Origin: Lingula anatina
Taxonomy: Eukaryota; Animalia; Brachiopoda
Direction of reading: 5' to 3'
DNA length: 64,000 nt
Assembly (NCBI GenBank): GCA_051362555.1
Contig: CM120649.1
Location: 7,750,001 to 7,814,000 of the forward strand
Program-made: the position numbers and the translations under genes
Notes under the pieces: generated by a model
Told to the model about the DNA's origin: nothing
What the model saw: only the letters and a program-made list of their open reading frames with translations
Databases searched by the model: none
Shown here: positions 1 to 13,500 of the stretch, piece by piece
Numbering within the stretch: position 1 is the stretch's first letter
Layout: each line of letters opens with the position of its first letter

Positions 1-303
1 TGACATCCTTCTGCCATCCTTTGTTCTTGTTTTTTTTTTCAGTGGGATAGTTTTCTAGTAGAAAGTCATGCTCTTGTGGTATCTGGAGTTTTTTGGTCAA
101 ACTACCTATATTTTGTATTATTTTCTAATACCGGGCTAGACGGGCTGCAAACACATGCTTTTCATCTGATGTAAAGATATCTATATGTGTGCAGAGAACG
201 TTCAAAACCTTTTTTTTGACACCATAGATGTGTCACTTTATTATTTTAAGATATTACATTTCAAGTTAAAACATGCAAAAACATCTAACGAAGATAATCA
301 ATA

Positions 304-307
<4 letters not shown>

Positions 308-356
<49 letters not shown>

Positions 357-3300
357 TCAGTAGCAAATAAATATATAATCTTACATTTTTACATTTTTTG
401 ACTTATGAATCGCACACAAACACCCACACACACACACACACACACACATTTACATACTTTCTCTCTCAGTAAAAAAAAAAAGGTTGTACAGTTACAGTAT
501 TGCATAAACGGGTAGAGATTGACAGTTCATGTTGTTAACATTACAATTGAATTCTAAGAGATATATATCATCAGCTGGTTGCTTGTCAATTAAGTTGTAA
601 TATGCGATCAATATTTTCCCATTTTCTTTTAACATGTTGTTGTTTTTGGTCGGTATACATATATAAAGAATATAAACAAATATTTCTGTAATAATTAACG
701 TATTGTCTGGTTCCTTCCCATGTTGGGATTTCTGTTTTCGTTCTACATAAACTAATATATTTTTTAATTATTAAGATAAGTAGATAAAAACCTTTTATGT
801 CATATGATTGCACAAGCCCGAGTATAAAAATCTCGGGAGATCTATCAATTACAATGCCTAAATTTTCTTTTACGGAACAAATGACACACGTCCAAACATT
901 CTGTACATGAGGGCAATCCCAGAACGCGTGAAGAATAGTTTCTCTGGCAGCATTACAAAATTCACACTGTTCTGATTCTTTTTTAGAAATTTTCATAAGA
1001 TAAACATTTGTACTAAATATTCTGTGATTTATTCTAAATTGAAGTGTCTGCAGTTTCGTGTCATCTGTTTCTTGGAAGGGGGATCTAAATATTAGTTGCC
1101 AATCGTCATTATTTAAGGATTTTTTAATATTTTCGTGCCATTTACTTTTACTTTTGTTGGGTGATATAGTGTGGCCTTGGAGGAATTTTCTATAGAAGTA
1201 TCTGGATGGTTTGGTAACTTTTTTAATCGAGTCAATTATTTCGTGGAACACGGTTTGTAATTTTCTTCCATTAGTGGAGATAGTTTTACGCCATTCAGCT
1301 GGTATGCTCTTTTGAATACTCAAGTATTCCAGAAAGTTTGCGTTTAGGTTGAATTTTTCGTTGAGTTCCTCTAGAGAGAGGAAATTTCCAACATTATTTA
1401 TAATATCATTAATGTAGAAAATACCATTTTTGCACCATCTTTTATGGAAGATAGTTTTTTCATTTGTTTTAATTTTTGAGTTTTTCCATAGTGGTTGTGA
1501 TAAGATTTCTTCTGGGGTTATACTGGGGTTTTCCTGAATTTCACTCAAAGAATCAATAACATTTTGCCAAAAGGGGTTATTCGTTGCTTGTAGCGTTTTT
1601 AATCCACCTTTGGTCAAGGTCCATATTTTATTACCCCCGATTTCAGACAGTTCACTGAGAAAGAGCGCTTTCCACTTGCTTTTGTTTTCTTCGTCCAAAA
1701 GTCTTTTTAGCCATGAAAGTTTTAGTGCCTTAGTAAAAAGTTTTATTTGTGGTACCTTAAGCCCTCCATTTTCGTAATCAGACACCATTGTTGCTCGTTT
1801 TATTTTGTCTCTTTTCCCATTCCAGACAAAGTTAAATATGATTGTATCTATAGTTTTAAAGATATGGTCTGAGGGGTTTGGCAGGGCAGTTAGTATATGC
1901 ACCAAGATAGGAAATATCAAAGTTTTAACCACTGTTACCTTTCCTATTATTGAAAGATTTCTCAAGGACCAAACTTCAACGATATTTTTTATTTTTTCAA
2001 TTTTTTCTATAAAGTTAATTTCCCAATGGTTACTTTTTTTCAATTCGTATTTTATACCAAGCAACTTAAATGCACCTTCATGATTCCATTTTATTTCTTT
2101 TTCAGTTTTGATTTTTTCGTAACATCCTCTCTTGGCCCCAATCCATATTGCTTCTGTTTTTTCGAGATTGGCTCTCAGGCCCGAACATTCGGAGAATGCA
2201 GTGATTAAATAGAGGACCCTGTTCAAGGAGAACTCGTCGTCTCCCAGTATAAGAGTTGTATCATCCGCATAAGACGTAATAAGAAACTTCGTATTGTTTA
2301 TATTAATTCCATTTACGTCAGGGTCAGTCTTAACTGCGGCCGAGAAAATTTCTAAACAAAGAATAAAAAGATATGGGGACAGGGGGTCTCCCTGTCGTAC
2401 ACCCCTTTTTACCATAAAGAACTCCGAAAGATGGCCGTTATTTTGTATTGTAGAGGAGATATCAGTGTATAAGGTTTTAACCCACTGTATCATGGTGTGA
2501 CCGAAATTAAAGAAGGATAAAGTTTCAAATATAAAGTTCCATTCTAAGGAATCAAATGCTTTTTCGTAATCAAGGAGAAGTATTAATCCGGGAATTTGTT
2601 CATTTTCTGTTCTTTCTATTAAATCATATACCAGTCTGGTGCATTCACCCATGAATCGGCCTTTTACAAACCCAAGCTGTGTGTCACTTATCAGTTTTTT
2701 CAAAAAAAGTTTCATACGGTTTGCAATGCAAGCTGAGGCAATTTTATAGTCGACATTTAGCAGTGAGATTGGTCTCCAGTTATTTAAGTAGTTTTTATCT
2801 TTGCCCGCCTTAGGGAGACAAGTTATAAGTCCTTGCCTCTGGCTTATTGACATACATTGTCTAATGAAAGAAACGTTAAATGAGCGTACAATAAATTGTT
2901 TCAAGTCGGACCAAAAGAATTTATAGAATTCCACTGTGTATCCGTCGATACCAGGCGATCGGCCATTCTTCATGTTTTTTAAAGCATTATGACATTCTAG
3001 CGTAGTAATTTCTTTCTCCATATAGTCGCGTTCCTCATCTGTTAATTTATTAATATGGGGATTGTCATTTCTCATAAATATCTGTCTGTGCACTTCAGTG
3101 AGTTCCGTTTTATCTGAAGAATAGAGGCTTTCATAGTATCTTTTTTGTTCCTTAATAATATCATTCAATTTTGTCACTTCTGTCTTATCAGCTTTGACTA
3201 ATTTTGCAATAGTTTTTTCGGTATAATTTCTCTTTTCTAAATTGCAGAAGTATCTACTACTTTTTTCTCCTTCCACTTTCCATCTGGATTTTGTTCTAAT

Positions 3301-5744
3301 AATTATACCCTTTATCTTCTTTTCTCTAAGTTCTTTCAGTGACATTTCTAATCTACCGATTTCGTCTCTTACACTATCATAGTCCGGATGTTCAAAAAGT
3401 TGTTTTAATCGGTTTTCTATTACTTTTTCTTGATTATTACGTTCTTTCTTTTTGTAGGCCGAGTATTTTATTGTTTCTCCCCTGATCATTAGCTTCAGTG
3501 TTTCCCATAGGAGCTGATCGTCTATACTATACTCAACTTTTTCTACATCGCCGGTTCCATTGACTTTGTACTGGTCTACAACGTCTCGTATACATTTTTT
3601 TACTATCTTTATATATTCTTTGTCTGTAAGAAGGCTGTTATTAAATTTCCATGTTCCTGGTCCGCGTTCTTGGTTTAAAAATTTCAATTCAATCGTTACT
3701 GGAGAATGGTCTGATTTATAAGCAAAATCAATTTCTGCCTTTTTTAAATTATTCTGTAGATCTGAGGATATTAGAAAATAGTCTAGTCTAGCCCGTTTAT
3801 GAGATGGCCCAAACCATGTATATCTTTTTTCTAAAGGATGAAGTTCTCTCCACACATCCGTCAGATCAAAAGTATACATAATGTTTTTTATGGCTTCATT
3901 CGACTTCGTATTATTTTTATGTAGATAATTCAGTGTATCCATTTCATATTCCAAAGGGACATTCCAATCACCTGCAATGATAATTGAAGTATTATCTAAA
4001 AGCTGTAGTCTATTTTGGAGATTTTTAAAGAACGAGGGCTTATCATTGTTAGGTCCATACAAGGCAACTAGCGAGACTCGTGTGCCTTGCATAAGGGTGT
4101 CCAAAATAAGAAAGTTTCCTTCTGGATCTTTTATCTCATTAAATATCTTATATTCAAAGGTGTTTCTGAAAAGAATTGCCACCCCCCTGCTATTTGACTT
4201 GTATGAGCAGAATCTGACATCTGCGCCCCACTCTTGCCTCCAAAGTATTTCGTTATTCTTTGTGCTGTGAGTATCTATTAAGAATGTTACGTCATATTTT
4301 TCTCTACTTCTGACAAAGAAATCCCTTCTTTTAATTGGGTCCGAGGATAAGCCCCTGCAATTCAAGCTACCTACTTTAATCGAGTTCATGTTTAGATATT
4401 GAGGACGAAAAGTGTAGCAGAATGTTTATGTTGGGTCATTTGCTCCGTGCCATCAACCATCCAGACAAACATGTCAAACTTGGGATTTTCTGCCGCATAT
4501 TTATATCCGGCAGAAAATATATTACGTTTTACAAAAAGTAGAATTATGTATACACAAATGTTTGATATATACTGTACGGTAGTTGTGCTGGTACACATAA
4601 GTATCAACCTGATTCTCACTGATTCATTTACGTACGCACACCGACTTTCACTCGCATTCTCGTTTTCATACATACACACACCAGTTTGCATCCTCTTCAG
4701 ACATCTCAATTCAACGACTTGGTCATTTATCCATCCACAAGGGTTTCCGTCACACATAAATCCATTCAATGTTACATCAGGAAAAAAAAAGTGTGTGATG
4801 GACTCGATCAAAGACACACATATGTATGTACAACTAAACGTGATACATAGCAAAGACAAACATGTCAAGTAGAAGAACATGCATAAAAAGACTAAATACA
4901 TGTCCCAATTAAGGTCACACAACAAACAAAAATAGTAATAATAACAATGGACATGTTAGGGTTGGCTATCTTAGTTAGATACAGTCGGCTACTAATACAT
5001 GCACTTGTATAGAAGACGAACATACATTGTACTAAACCAGAAAATAAAAATTAAAAATAAATAAATAATAATAACAATAATAATAATAACAAATGGGTGT
5101 ACATGTACATTAGTTAGGTTATACTGAAGTAAGAAAACTTGTAATAATAAAGGTGGATAACATATAATGGTAATCAAATGAAAATGAAATAAACATACTG
5201 AAGCTGGACATGTAAGGTAATATTATTATATGGCAAGCCAAAAAAAAAACATAATGAAGGCGGATAACATATGATGGTAATGAACTGAAAATGAAATAAA
5301 CATAATTAAGCTGGACATATAAGGTAATAATAAGGCAAGTCGATTACAATTTTTATACTGTTAATGTCACGTTCACAGGCTAGAGTGAAATATTTACCTA
5401 AGAGTTCGGCACTTGCTATCGGGGAAGTCATCACACAGCTTTGAACCTCAGCTGGTATTTTTCTTACAAGAAAATTATGATAGCAGCGAGTTGTTATTTG
5501 TATTGCTAGTTACCTGGCTTGGCTAGTTTTTTGCTGTGTGAGGACCACCCGACATTCAGCACCGACCTCCTCTTGCTCTTGCTAGGTCTGTTCGTTATTC
5601 TTCTCCACTCAGTCTATTCCTAGATACAAAAATCAGACGTGAATATAAAGGAGATGAGTGTTCTATTATTCAGCACCAGTCGTGCATGTGTTGGTAATCG
5701 TATGTCATGCATATGCTGAGCGCTATCTATTTGTAACGAGAGAG
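308..5744 (-). mobile_element. Non-LTR retrotransposon (L1/Tx1 clade LINE), recent antisense insertion in a VWA8 intron
   Basis: Poly(T) 306-354 on + is the poly(A) tail, directly preceded by AATAAA on -. The direct repeat ATCAATATCTT at 297-307 and 5745-5755 is the TSD. Contains an uninterrupted APE-RT ORF. Confidence 0.9.
586..4389 (-). CDS. LINE ORF2p: apurinic endonuclease + reverse transcriptase + C-terminal CCHC zinc finger (1267 aa)
   Basis: APE motifs SLNCRGL, AGDWN, RLDYFL, SDH. RT motifs NWRPISLLNVDYKI, LDYEKAFD, RQGDPLSP, YADD. C-terminal CEFC..ETILHAFWDC. Confidence 0.96.
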   Translation of the reverse strand: MNSIKVGSLNCRGLSSDPIKRRDFFVRSREKYDVTFLIDTHSTKNNEILWRQEWGADVRFCSYKSNSRGVAILFRNTFEYKIFNEIKDPEGNFLILDTLMQGTRVSLVALYGPNNDKPSFFKNLQNRLQLLDNTSIIIAGDWNVPLEYEMDTLNYLHKNNTKSNEAIKNIMYTFDLTDVWRELHPLEKRYTWFGPSHKRARLDYFLISSDLQNNLKKAEIDFAYKSDHSPVTIELKFLNQERGPGTWKFNNSLLTDKEYIKIVKKCIRDVVDQYKVNGTGDVEKVEYSIDDQLLWETLKLMIRGETIKYSAYKKKERNNQEKVIENRLKQLFEHPDYDSVRDEIGRLEMSLKELREKKIKGIIIRTKSRWKVEGEKSSRYFCNLEKRNYTEKTIAKLVKADKTEVTKLNDIIKEQKRYYESLYSSDKTELTEVHRQIFMRNDNPHINKLTDEERDYMEKEITTLECHNALKNMKNGRSPGIDGYTVEFYKFFWSDLKQFIVRSFNVSFIRQCMSISQRQGLITCLPKAGKDKNYLNNWRPISLLNVDYKIASACIANRMKLFLKKLISDTQLGFVKGRFMGECTRLVYDLIERTENEQIPGLILLLDYEKAFDSLEWNFIFETLSFFNFGHTMIQWVKTLYTDISSTIQNNGHLSEFFMVKRGVRQGDPLSPYLFILCLEIFSAAVKTDPDVNGININNTKFLITSYADDTTLILGDDEFSLNRVLYLITAFSECSGLRANLEKTEAIWIGAKRGCYEKIKTEKEIKWNHEGAFKLLGIKYELKKSNHWEINFIEKIEKIKNIVEVWSLRNLSIIGKVTVVKTLIFPILVHILTALPNPSDHIFKTIDTIIFNFVWNGKRDKIKRATMVSDYENGGLKVPQIKLFTKALKLSWLKRLLDEENKSKWKALFLSELSEIGGNKIWTLTKGGLKTLQATNNPFWQNVIDSLSEIQENPSITPEEILSQPLWKNSKIKTNEKTIFHKRWCKNGIFYINDIINNVGNFLSLEELNEKFNLNANFLEYLSIQKSIPAEWRKTISTNGRKLQTVFHEIIDSIKKVTKPSRYFYRKFLQGHTISPNKSKSKWHENIKKSLNNDDWQLIFRSPFQETDDTKLQTLQFRINHRIFSTNVYLMKISKKESEQCEFCNAARETILHAFWDCPHVQNVWTCVICSVKENLGIVIDRSPEIFILGLVQSYDIKGFYLLILIIKKYISLCRTKTEIPTWEGTRQYVNYYRNICLYSLYMYTDQKQQHVKRKWENIDRILQLN

Positions 5745-5928
5745 ATCAATATCTTGTGCAAAGCTGTCACCATAAAGACATTTGAGGTGTGAAACAAATT
5801 CCTATACTTCAGTGCTGGCTGTACTTGTGTACAAATCTGTATTATACATGCAGATATTAAGTTTACATTCAAAAGCTGAGAGTCTTGTAGAAATCTACTT
5901 TGTTTACATAACCTGTCAATTGTTTAAG

Positions 5929-7451
5929 GTGGAGTCCGCGACAAAAGGCAACAAGAGGATGTCATCCATATTGCCACAGCACGTCCCATCAGGCTGTACA
6001 CCATGAAACCCTCCAGCAGGTACATCAGCTGTATAGACCTGTACGATCTGTTCCCCACCACGCGGGGCATGTACACCCCCAGGGTCAGGGTGGCCCCCCT
6101 GGGGGCGTCACTCTATGATACTGTGGTCCTACATGAAGAGAAGGTAAGCTGAACAGAGATTTACAACCTTAAAGTGAAGTTTTGTTCTTCCTTTGTGGAG
6201 TCCATCATATTCTTTAGGTTTCTAAGGAGAGAATATTACCCATAAGACAAGGCATGTCTTTTCTTCCTCCACCCCCACTCCCTCAATTACACCCCCCATG
6301 CCCCAGGGTGACATGATGTCATGACGTTACAAAGCCATGGTAAAAGAAATTACACAAAGGGATTGAGCATTTTATGAGGGCCTCACCAAAACTGTCTACA
6401 CGGTTATAAAAGTCTATGGGGAAAACTTGAGAATTTCATCACTGAAAATTAATTTTAAAATGCCTGAAACTGACTCGTCCACATTACGTGACAAACTTTT
6501 CAAAATTATCAAGAGGCCAATTATCAAGTTTGATGAAATTTTCAAAGTCAAAAAATTTAAATTCGCAGAGAATCTTCTTCTGAAAAAATTTCCAAGACTG
6601 ACTAAATTTTCAAGTTTTTACCATAGCCTCTAAATCCTTTCTCAAGGCCAGTATATACATGTAGTAATTCTTCCAGTTAGAACACAATCTGCTGTCTCAT
6701 TTGACACAATCTGCTGTCTCATGACAACAATGTACACAATGTCCATATTTCCATTCTTCCAGAGCAATGTATTACTGAGCGTCAACACAGAGACGGGAGA
6801 TGTGATGCGTCTGGCAATGGACTCTCTGCTGGAGACGGCAAGCCATAAACTGTTTGGACGTTCTGAACAGGTGAATTTATAGAATAGATTCACTGCTGGA
6901 GACAGCAAGTCAAACTGTTTAAATGCTTAGCATAGGTGAAATTATAAGAATGGTGATGGATAGAGAAAGAACCTTCAAATAATGGAATGATGGTATTTTT
7001 GGGTACTTAAAGCCATTTTGTCCACAGCAGTTGATCTGTATTCTCTCTCTCTCTCTCTCTCTCTCACATCATGTATTACTCTATTCCATACTACAAATTC
7101 CCTTTTTGGGCAGATTAAATTATCTTATTTATCTTCTGTTCTCCAGGACATGTACACGCTGTGCAGAAGTCTCTCAGGAACTCCAGATGGTTTGCTGATC
7201 TTGTACAAATTGCGCAGGTACTTTGATATTTGATATTTCAAGGAATGGTTTGAGTTGCTGTAGTTATTGTGTACAGTTCAAAAATGAAGTCAAATATCAT
7301 GTATTAGTTATAAGATAATAATTATATGATTAAAATTGACAAGTAAGATTTCACGAAAGTGTGTAGTAGTTATGTTGGTCTCTTTGTGTTTGAAGTTTCA
7401 TTATGCCAGTCCTCAATACAGGTATGTTGCTAGGAACCTTCCCCATTCTTG

Positions 7452-7529
<78 letters not shown>

Positions 7530-7587
7530 TTTCTATCAGAGTATTGAGGGCCATAATATGTTGCTGAGCACCTGTCAGAATCTTAGT

Positions 7588-7627
<40 letters not shown>

Positions 7628-7832
7628 TGCAGTCAGAGTATAGAGGTCCTCAATATGTTATTGGGCACATGTCACAGTATCGCTGTCCCCTTCAAGATAG
7701 GTGCTGTCCACCCTGTGGCCGCTGACCAGTGGATGGTCACTGAATATGACAATAACAGGTGAGTGATACTTAGAGAGAGAGAGAGAGAGAGAGAAAGGGA
7801 GAGAGGGGAGGGAGGGGAAGGAGAAAGAGAAT

Positions 7833-7893
<61 letters not shown>

Positions 7894-10502
7894 AAAAGGA
7901 GAACTGAATATGATACTATACCAGAAGTTTGCTATAATTGTTGTCAAAGTAAAACAAGAAATAGTTTCTTTTAGGTTAAAGGCAAAATGTTCAAATAGTT
8001 TTTTAATTATTTTTCTTGGTCTTAAACTAATATATATGTATATATATATATATGGCAAAATGAGTTGTGTTAACATGTTCCTATTTCACATGATTTTTAC
8101 AAATGTCTCCTGTCAGGAAATACATGTTGAGGAGTTCTGGAGAGGGAAGCAATACAGAGTACTTCCTGCACCCAGTCACCGAGGAGGACACAACTGCTGG
8201 TAACTATGGCAACTGCCTCTTAACAGCCAATGTTGGGGGCACACTAATGTCAGGATAGTTTTTTCTATGTGTATATTCAATATTGGTGCAATCTGTTACA
8301 AAATCTTCAAAATTCTTTTAAAAATCTTAACAGCAGATTTAAAATGTTGACTGCTGGCCAGTAGATTGTTTTGTCACCAAGTCCAGTATTGGATCAATTT
8401 ATTTTTACAAAGTATAGTTTTAACATACATAACAACCCAATGTAGACTTATAGTGCTCCAAAGATACAGAGATACAATTTGTTTAATGACATTGATGATA
8501 GTAATATTCTCTATCCTCATGTTGCATCATCACACTAAGAAATATTCAAAAATGGATGAAAAGATGTGAACTTCATATGCTTTATATTTGTGTATTAAGT
8601 ATATAAGTAAGGGTGGGATTGTCTAGGGGGAATTGTCCAGATACCTCATGTCAGTATTGTGATCTCTGCTCTGGCATCCAAAGGTGTCGGAAGATTAGAA
8701 CTGATGTCTACAAGTCCGCTGTCAGAGGCCAGTTTGAGTGCCGTTCTAGGGACGAATATCAGCTCTGAGAATAGAGTCCTAGCTACTCCTGCCACCTATG
8801 CTTCTGTGGCAGTAGGACTGCCAGATCTTCATGTAAGTAAATCGTATCGGCTCTAAGAACAGAGTGATAGGTACTGCTGCCACCTATATTTCTGTTGCAG
8901 TGGGATGGCTAGATCTTCTTGGTAGAGTGCAATAAAGTTGTATACAAAGAATTGCAAAGATAGACATTTGGCTTAATCTTCTTTTTGTCTTTATTTGTTT
9001 TCTTTTGCACTAAGGCAGCAGGAGTCATGGTATGTTATATATTTATTTAATATTTTTGTAGCACTAATTACGTGCATATTCAGAAAATCTTATATTAATA
9101 CATATTTGGCAGTCTATTGAAGTATACAGTGCCCCAAGACAGCCCTCTAGCAAGGCAGAGAGAGATATCGGGGGAGACTTCATGCTTCAGTTGCTGTCCA
9201 AGCCTCCCACTCCTAATGCTGACTCCAAGATAGCGTACCTACCAGAGTGTGGCCAGGTGGTCCGCAGCATGCAGTACTGGCAGGTGCCCAAAGAGGCAAT
9301 ACCTGAAGGTGAGTGGTGACTGGTGAAAAAAATGGTACCTGCTCCTTTATGACACCTGTTTACTTGTGGCTGAAAATGAGATTTGTTTGCCTGGAGAGAG
9401 TAACTTTTGAAAATTTTGCCAAATTGCCCTTTATTTAACCAGTTGATTGATTTGGTTTTATTGGACTCTTAATGGATAATTTGGTATGGAAAATTTTTTT
9501 CTTGCCTTATAAACAAAATTTTTAGTCCATGTACTTCAGTAAAATAGAAGTTTCATAATTGGCTGAGACTCAAGAGTAGTTACAGTATGGTTGTGTTTTC
9601 TATGGTACCAGGTTCCACCCAACAGATGGTCAGTGGTTATCTGGAAGTCACAGACCCTGTCAACCATGTGCTCAGATATATACCTGTACCAAGGTAAGTG
9701 TCACCTGGAAGTCACAGACCCTGTCAACCATGTGCTCAGATATATACCTGTACCAAGGTAAGTGTCACCTGGAAGTCACAGACCCTGTCAACCATGTGCT
9801 CAGATATATACCTGTACCAAGGTAAGTGTCACCTGGAAGTCACAGACCCTGTCAACCATGTGCTCAGATATATACCTGTACCAAGGTAAGTGTCACCTGG
9901 AAGTCACAGACCCTGTCAACCATGTGCTCAGATATATACCTGTACCAAGGTAAGTGTCACCTGGAAGTCACAGACCCTGTCAACCATGTGCTCAGATATA
10001 TACCTGTACCAAGGTAAGTGTCACCTGGAAGTCACAGACCCTGTCAACCATGTGCTCAGATATATACCTGTACCAAGGTAAGTGTCACCTGGAAGTCACA
10101 GACCCTGTCAACCATGTGCTCAGATATATACCTGTACCAAGGTAAGTGTCACCTGGAAGTCACAGACCCTGTCAACCGTGTGCTCAGATATATACCTGTA
10201 CCAAGGTAAGTGTCACCTGGAAGTCACAGATCCTGTCAACCGTGTGCTCAAATATATACCTGTACCAAGGTAAGTGTCACCAGGAAGTCACAGACCCTGT
10301 CAACCATGTGCTCAGATATATACCTGTACCAAGGTAAGTGTCACCAGGAAGTCACAGACCCTGTCAACCATGTGCTCAGATATATACCTGTACCAAGGTT
10401 AGTGTCACCTAGAAGTCACAGACCCTGTCAACCATGTGCTAAGATATATACCTGTACCAAGGTAAGTGTCACCTGGAAGTCACGGACCCTGTCAACCATG
10501 TG

Positions 10503-10571
<69 letters not shown>

Positions 10572-13500
10572 AGTGCATATTGCTAGACTACTGTAGATGG
10601 GACAGTAAGCCTTCCAAGAGAAGTACTATGAACTTTTGACAAGAAGGGAATTTTTTCTCAGGCTGCAATTTGTAGTGTTTTTCACTGAACTCTCATGTTG
10701 GTCCCTAACTGGTTGCAACTCTATATGTATACATGTGGTTTGCATTTCTCTTGTAGGCCCTCCATGAACTCTCTGCAGTACTACCCCTGGTCTGATGTCG
10801 ACATTGTCATGGCAACCATGAGTAATGATGGCCTGGTAACTGTGGACCTGACGGGTATCGTACGTCTCTGGGAGACTGCCCCTGCTCAGTTGGCAAGATC
10901 CTTGGATCAGTGGAGGAAGATGATTGGCTCAGGAGAGGGAAGAAACTTGCAGGTGATTGGCTGATCATACCATTTTCAGTTTCACAGATAGGAAGTACAA
11001 GTAACTTAGAATACTCCATGTCTTGCTGTATTTGTTTCTTACCCAAAATTTGTTGCCAGCAATCAGTGGGATACAGTGTTTAATTCATTTGCTGATAACT
11101 TTGTCTCATTTATCTAGAATCACAAATTATTAGAGAAAATGGACATTGAAATATCAGTCATTTGATGACTATTTTTACACCAATAAATGACTTATAAACA
11201 CCTGAAAGAATTGTAAATGCTTTTTTGTGAATCACTTTAATTGTTTGGTATGAAAGGTTTTAGTCAGAAGTCAAAGTACTATTTGAAGAAATCCCTAATA
11301 ATATATGTCTTTTCAGATTACCCGTGAACGTGACAGTGGTAAAGATGTGGAGGGCCCAAAACATGGCAAGGTGGACCCTAAAAATGCTCCCCATGTCGGT
11401 GGAAACACGTGGGCGGGAGGGACTGGTAAGTGCCAGGATGTGGAAGTACAAATTGTTAACATATTCGACAGGTGTTCAGTCATTGGTTATAAACTAATAC
11501 AGAAGATTGTGTTAGGTGTGACAGGACACTGGTTATATATTTTAGTTGTGACAGAACATTGGTTCTAAGTTAGGATAGAAGATTGTGTCAGGTAAGACAG
11601 GAAACTGATTACAAGTTACCAGGGAAGAATGTTTTTTGTTAGAAGACATTGGTTATTAGTTACCTGAGAAGATTGCATTAGTTGTGACAGGTGGTTGTGA
11701 CAGTCTCACAATTTGTTTCAGGTGGAAGAGACACAGCTGGCCTGGGAGGGAAAGGTGGCCCATACAGACTGGATGCTGGCCATGATGTTTACCAGATCTC
11801 AGAGGAGGAGAAGGAGGCTGTCCCTGAGGAAGTAAAGAGGGCTGCCAGAGAGATGGGACAGAAAGCCTTCCAAGAGAGGTACTTGGTTATTTTTTTTCTA
11901 CTGCATCAAAATTTGTAGTGTATTTTAAAATCTTGCTAGATATGTTCAATTTCAGCTATTATGCTGCATGACCAACCTTTTAAAATTTCTAAATGCCTTT
12001 TGCCTCTTTTACCTTCCAAATTGTACTTAATACTAACTAACTCTTGTTTTTTTAAATTATGCTTTCCATATATTCATGTCTATCCTTTTTTAACTCTGCA
12101 TGCTATGTGAAGTATAAATAAAAAGAACCTCAGAACATAAAAAAAGGTTCGAATGAATGGAAAACAACACCCCTTACACCTCCAATTCCACAGCCTCATA
12201 GATCTGTCATCACTGGATGAAAAGTAAGATCAAAATTAAATATACTTCTACTGAATGATCTTTAAGTTATGCTGGGACAATAAGAAAATATTCCAGTACA
12301 GTTGCAGTGGGAAGAACTGGTACTTATGACTAATGTGTGCTGTTACAGGCTTAGAGAAATTCAGATGAGTGAATATGATGCCAAGTTTTATGAGGGCTAC
12401 AGCAAGGCAGTGAGAAAGCAAGTGCAGTCTCTCAGGGTTGTCCTGGATAGTTTGCAGGTAATGTAGCAGGTGGTGACACTTAGATATTGGTCAGCATTAT
12501 CTGCAAGTAATTTTCAATACCCAAGTATTTGTCACATTGAAAAGTGTGCATTTGTACTCCTAAAGCCACAGTCTGTTAATTCTAAGTTCCTTAGGTCTCT
12601 CCCACAGTCACATTACTAATGGTGGTAATCTTTATTTGTAATTGTATTCCATGTTTCAGACTGTTGTCTCACCTTACGCAACCACAATGCTGTTCCTGTG
12701 TCTCACCTAACACAATCATAATGCTGTTCCTGTCTAACCTAACACAATCACAATGCTGTTCCTGTGTCTCACCTAACACAATCACAATGCTGTTCTTGTG
12801 TCTCACCTAACACAACCACAATGCTGTGCCTGTGTCTCCCCCAGCACAATCACAATGCTGTTCCTGTGTCTCCCCCAGCATAATCACAATGCTGTTCCTA
12901 TGTCTCACCTAACACAATCACAATGCAGTTTCTGTGTCTCACCTTGCACAATCACAATGCTCTTCCTGTGTCCCATCTAACAGCATCATGTTGCTGTTCC
13001 TGTGTCCCACCAAACACAATCATAATTCTGATTCTGTGTCTTACCTAACACAACCACAGTGCTGTTCCTGTGTCTCACCCAACACAATCACAATTCTGTT
13101 CCATAGGCCAAAGGCAAGGAGCGCCAGTGGTTGAAGAACCAGACTTATGGAGATCTGGATGATGCCAAGCTGATAGAGGGACTGACGGGAGAGAGGTCCA
13201 TTTATAAGAGGAGAGGAGACAAGGAGCCAGAGGTAAGAAGCTAGTCTGTAAAACTATGTGTGTGTGTGTATGGCTCTATTCCCATAGATTTTAGATCGAT
13301 CTATCCCCGCGGGGAGTCTCACTAGATTACTTTCAGATAATCCGACTTAAATGTCTGTCCCGCCTACTACAAGCTGTAAGAGGGTAATTAACTTTCGTGT
13401 CCACCCGGCTGACAGCTATTTAGCGTGAACCCCCAGGGAGTTAGGTCGATCTAAAGTAGGTCAATCTAATCTGTGGAAATGGGGTGTATGTTTATGGTTG

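Noticed and set aside
4392-4925. 177-aa ORF as LINE ORF1 (and the opposite-strand 157-aa ORF)
   Set aside because: Non-ATG start, low-complexity hydrophobic composition, and no coiled-coil, RRM, zinc-knuckle or esterase motifs.
5358-5620. Possible tiny introns and exons on the minus strand of the LINE 5' region
   Set aside because: The candidate introns are only about 40-51 nt and the exons have stops in all frames; likely chance GT/AG matches.
7672-8203. ORFs with ERERER/LSLSLS runs (also 17993, 22887, 48916, 48999)
   Set aside because: Microsatellite read-through; only the embedded exon portions are coding.
9698-10596. Nine near-identical ~63-aa ORFs
   Set aside because: Artefact of the 64-bp intronic tandem repeat cycling through reading frames.
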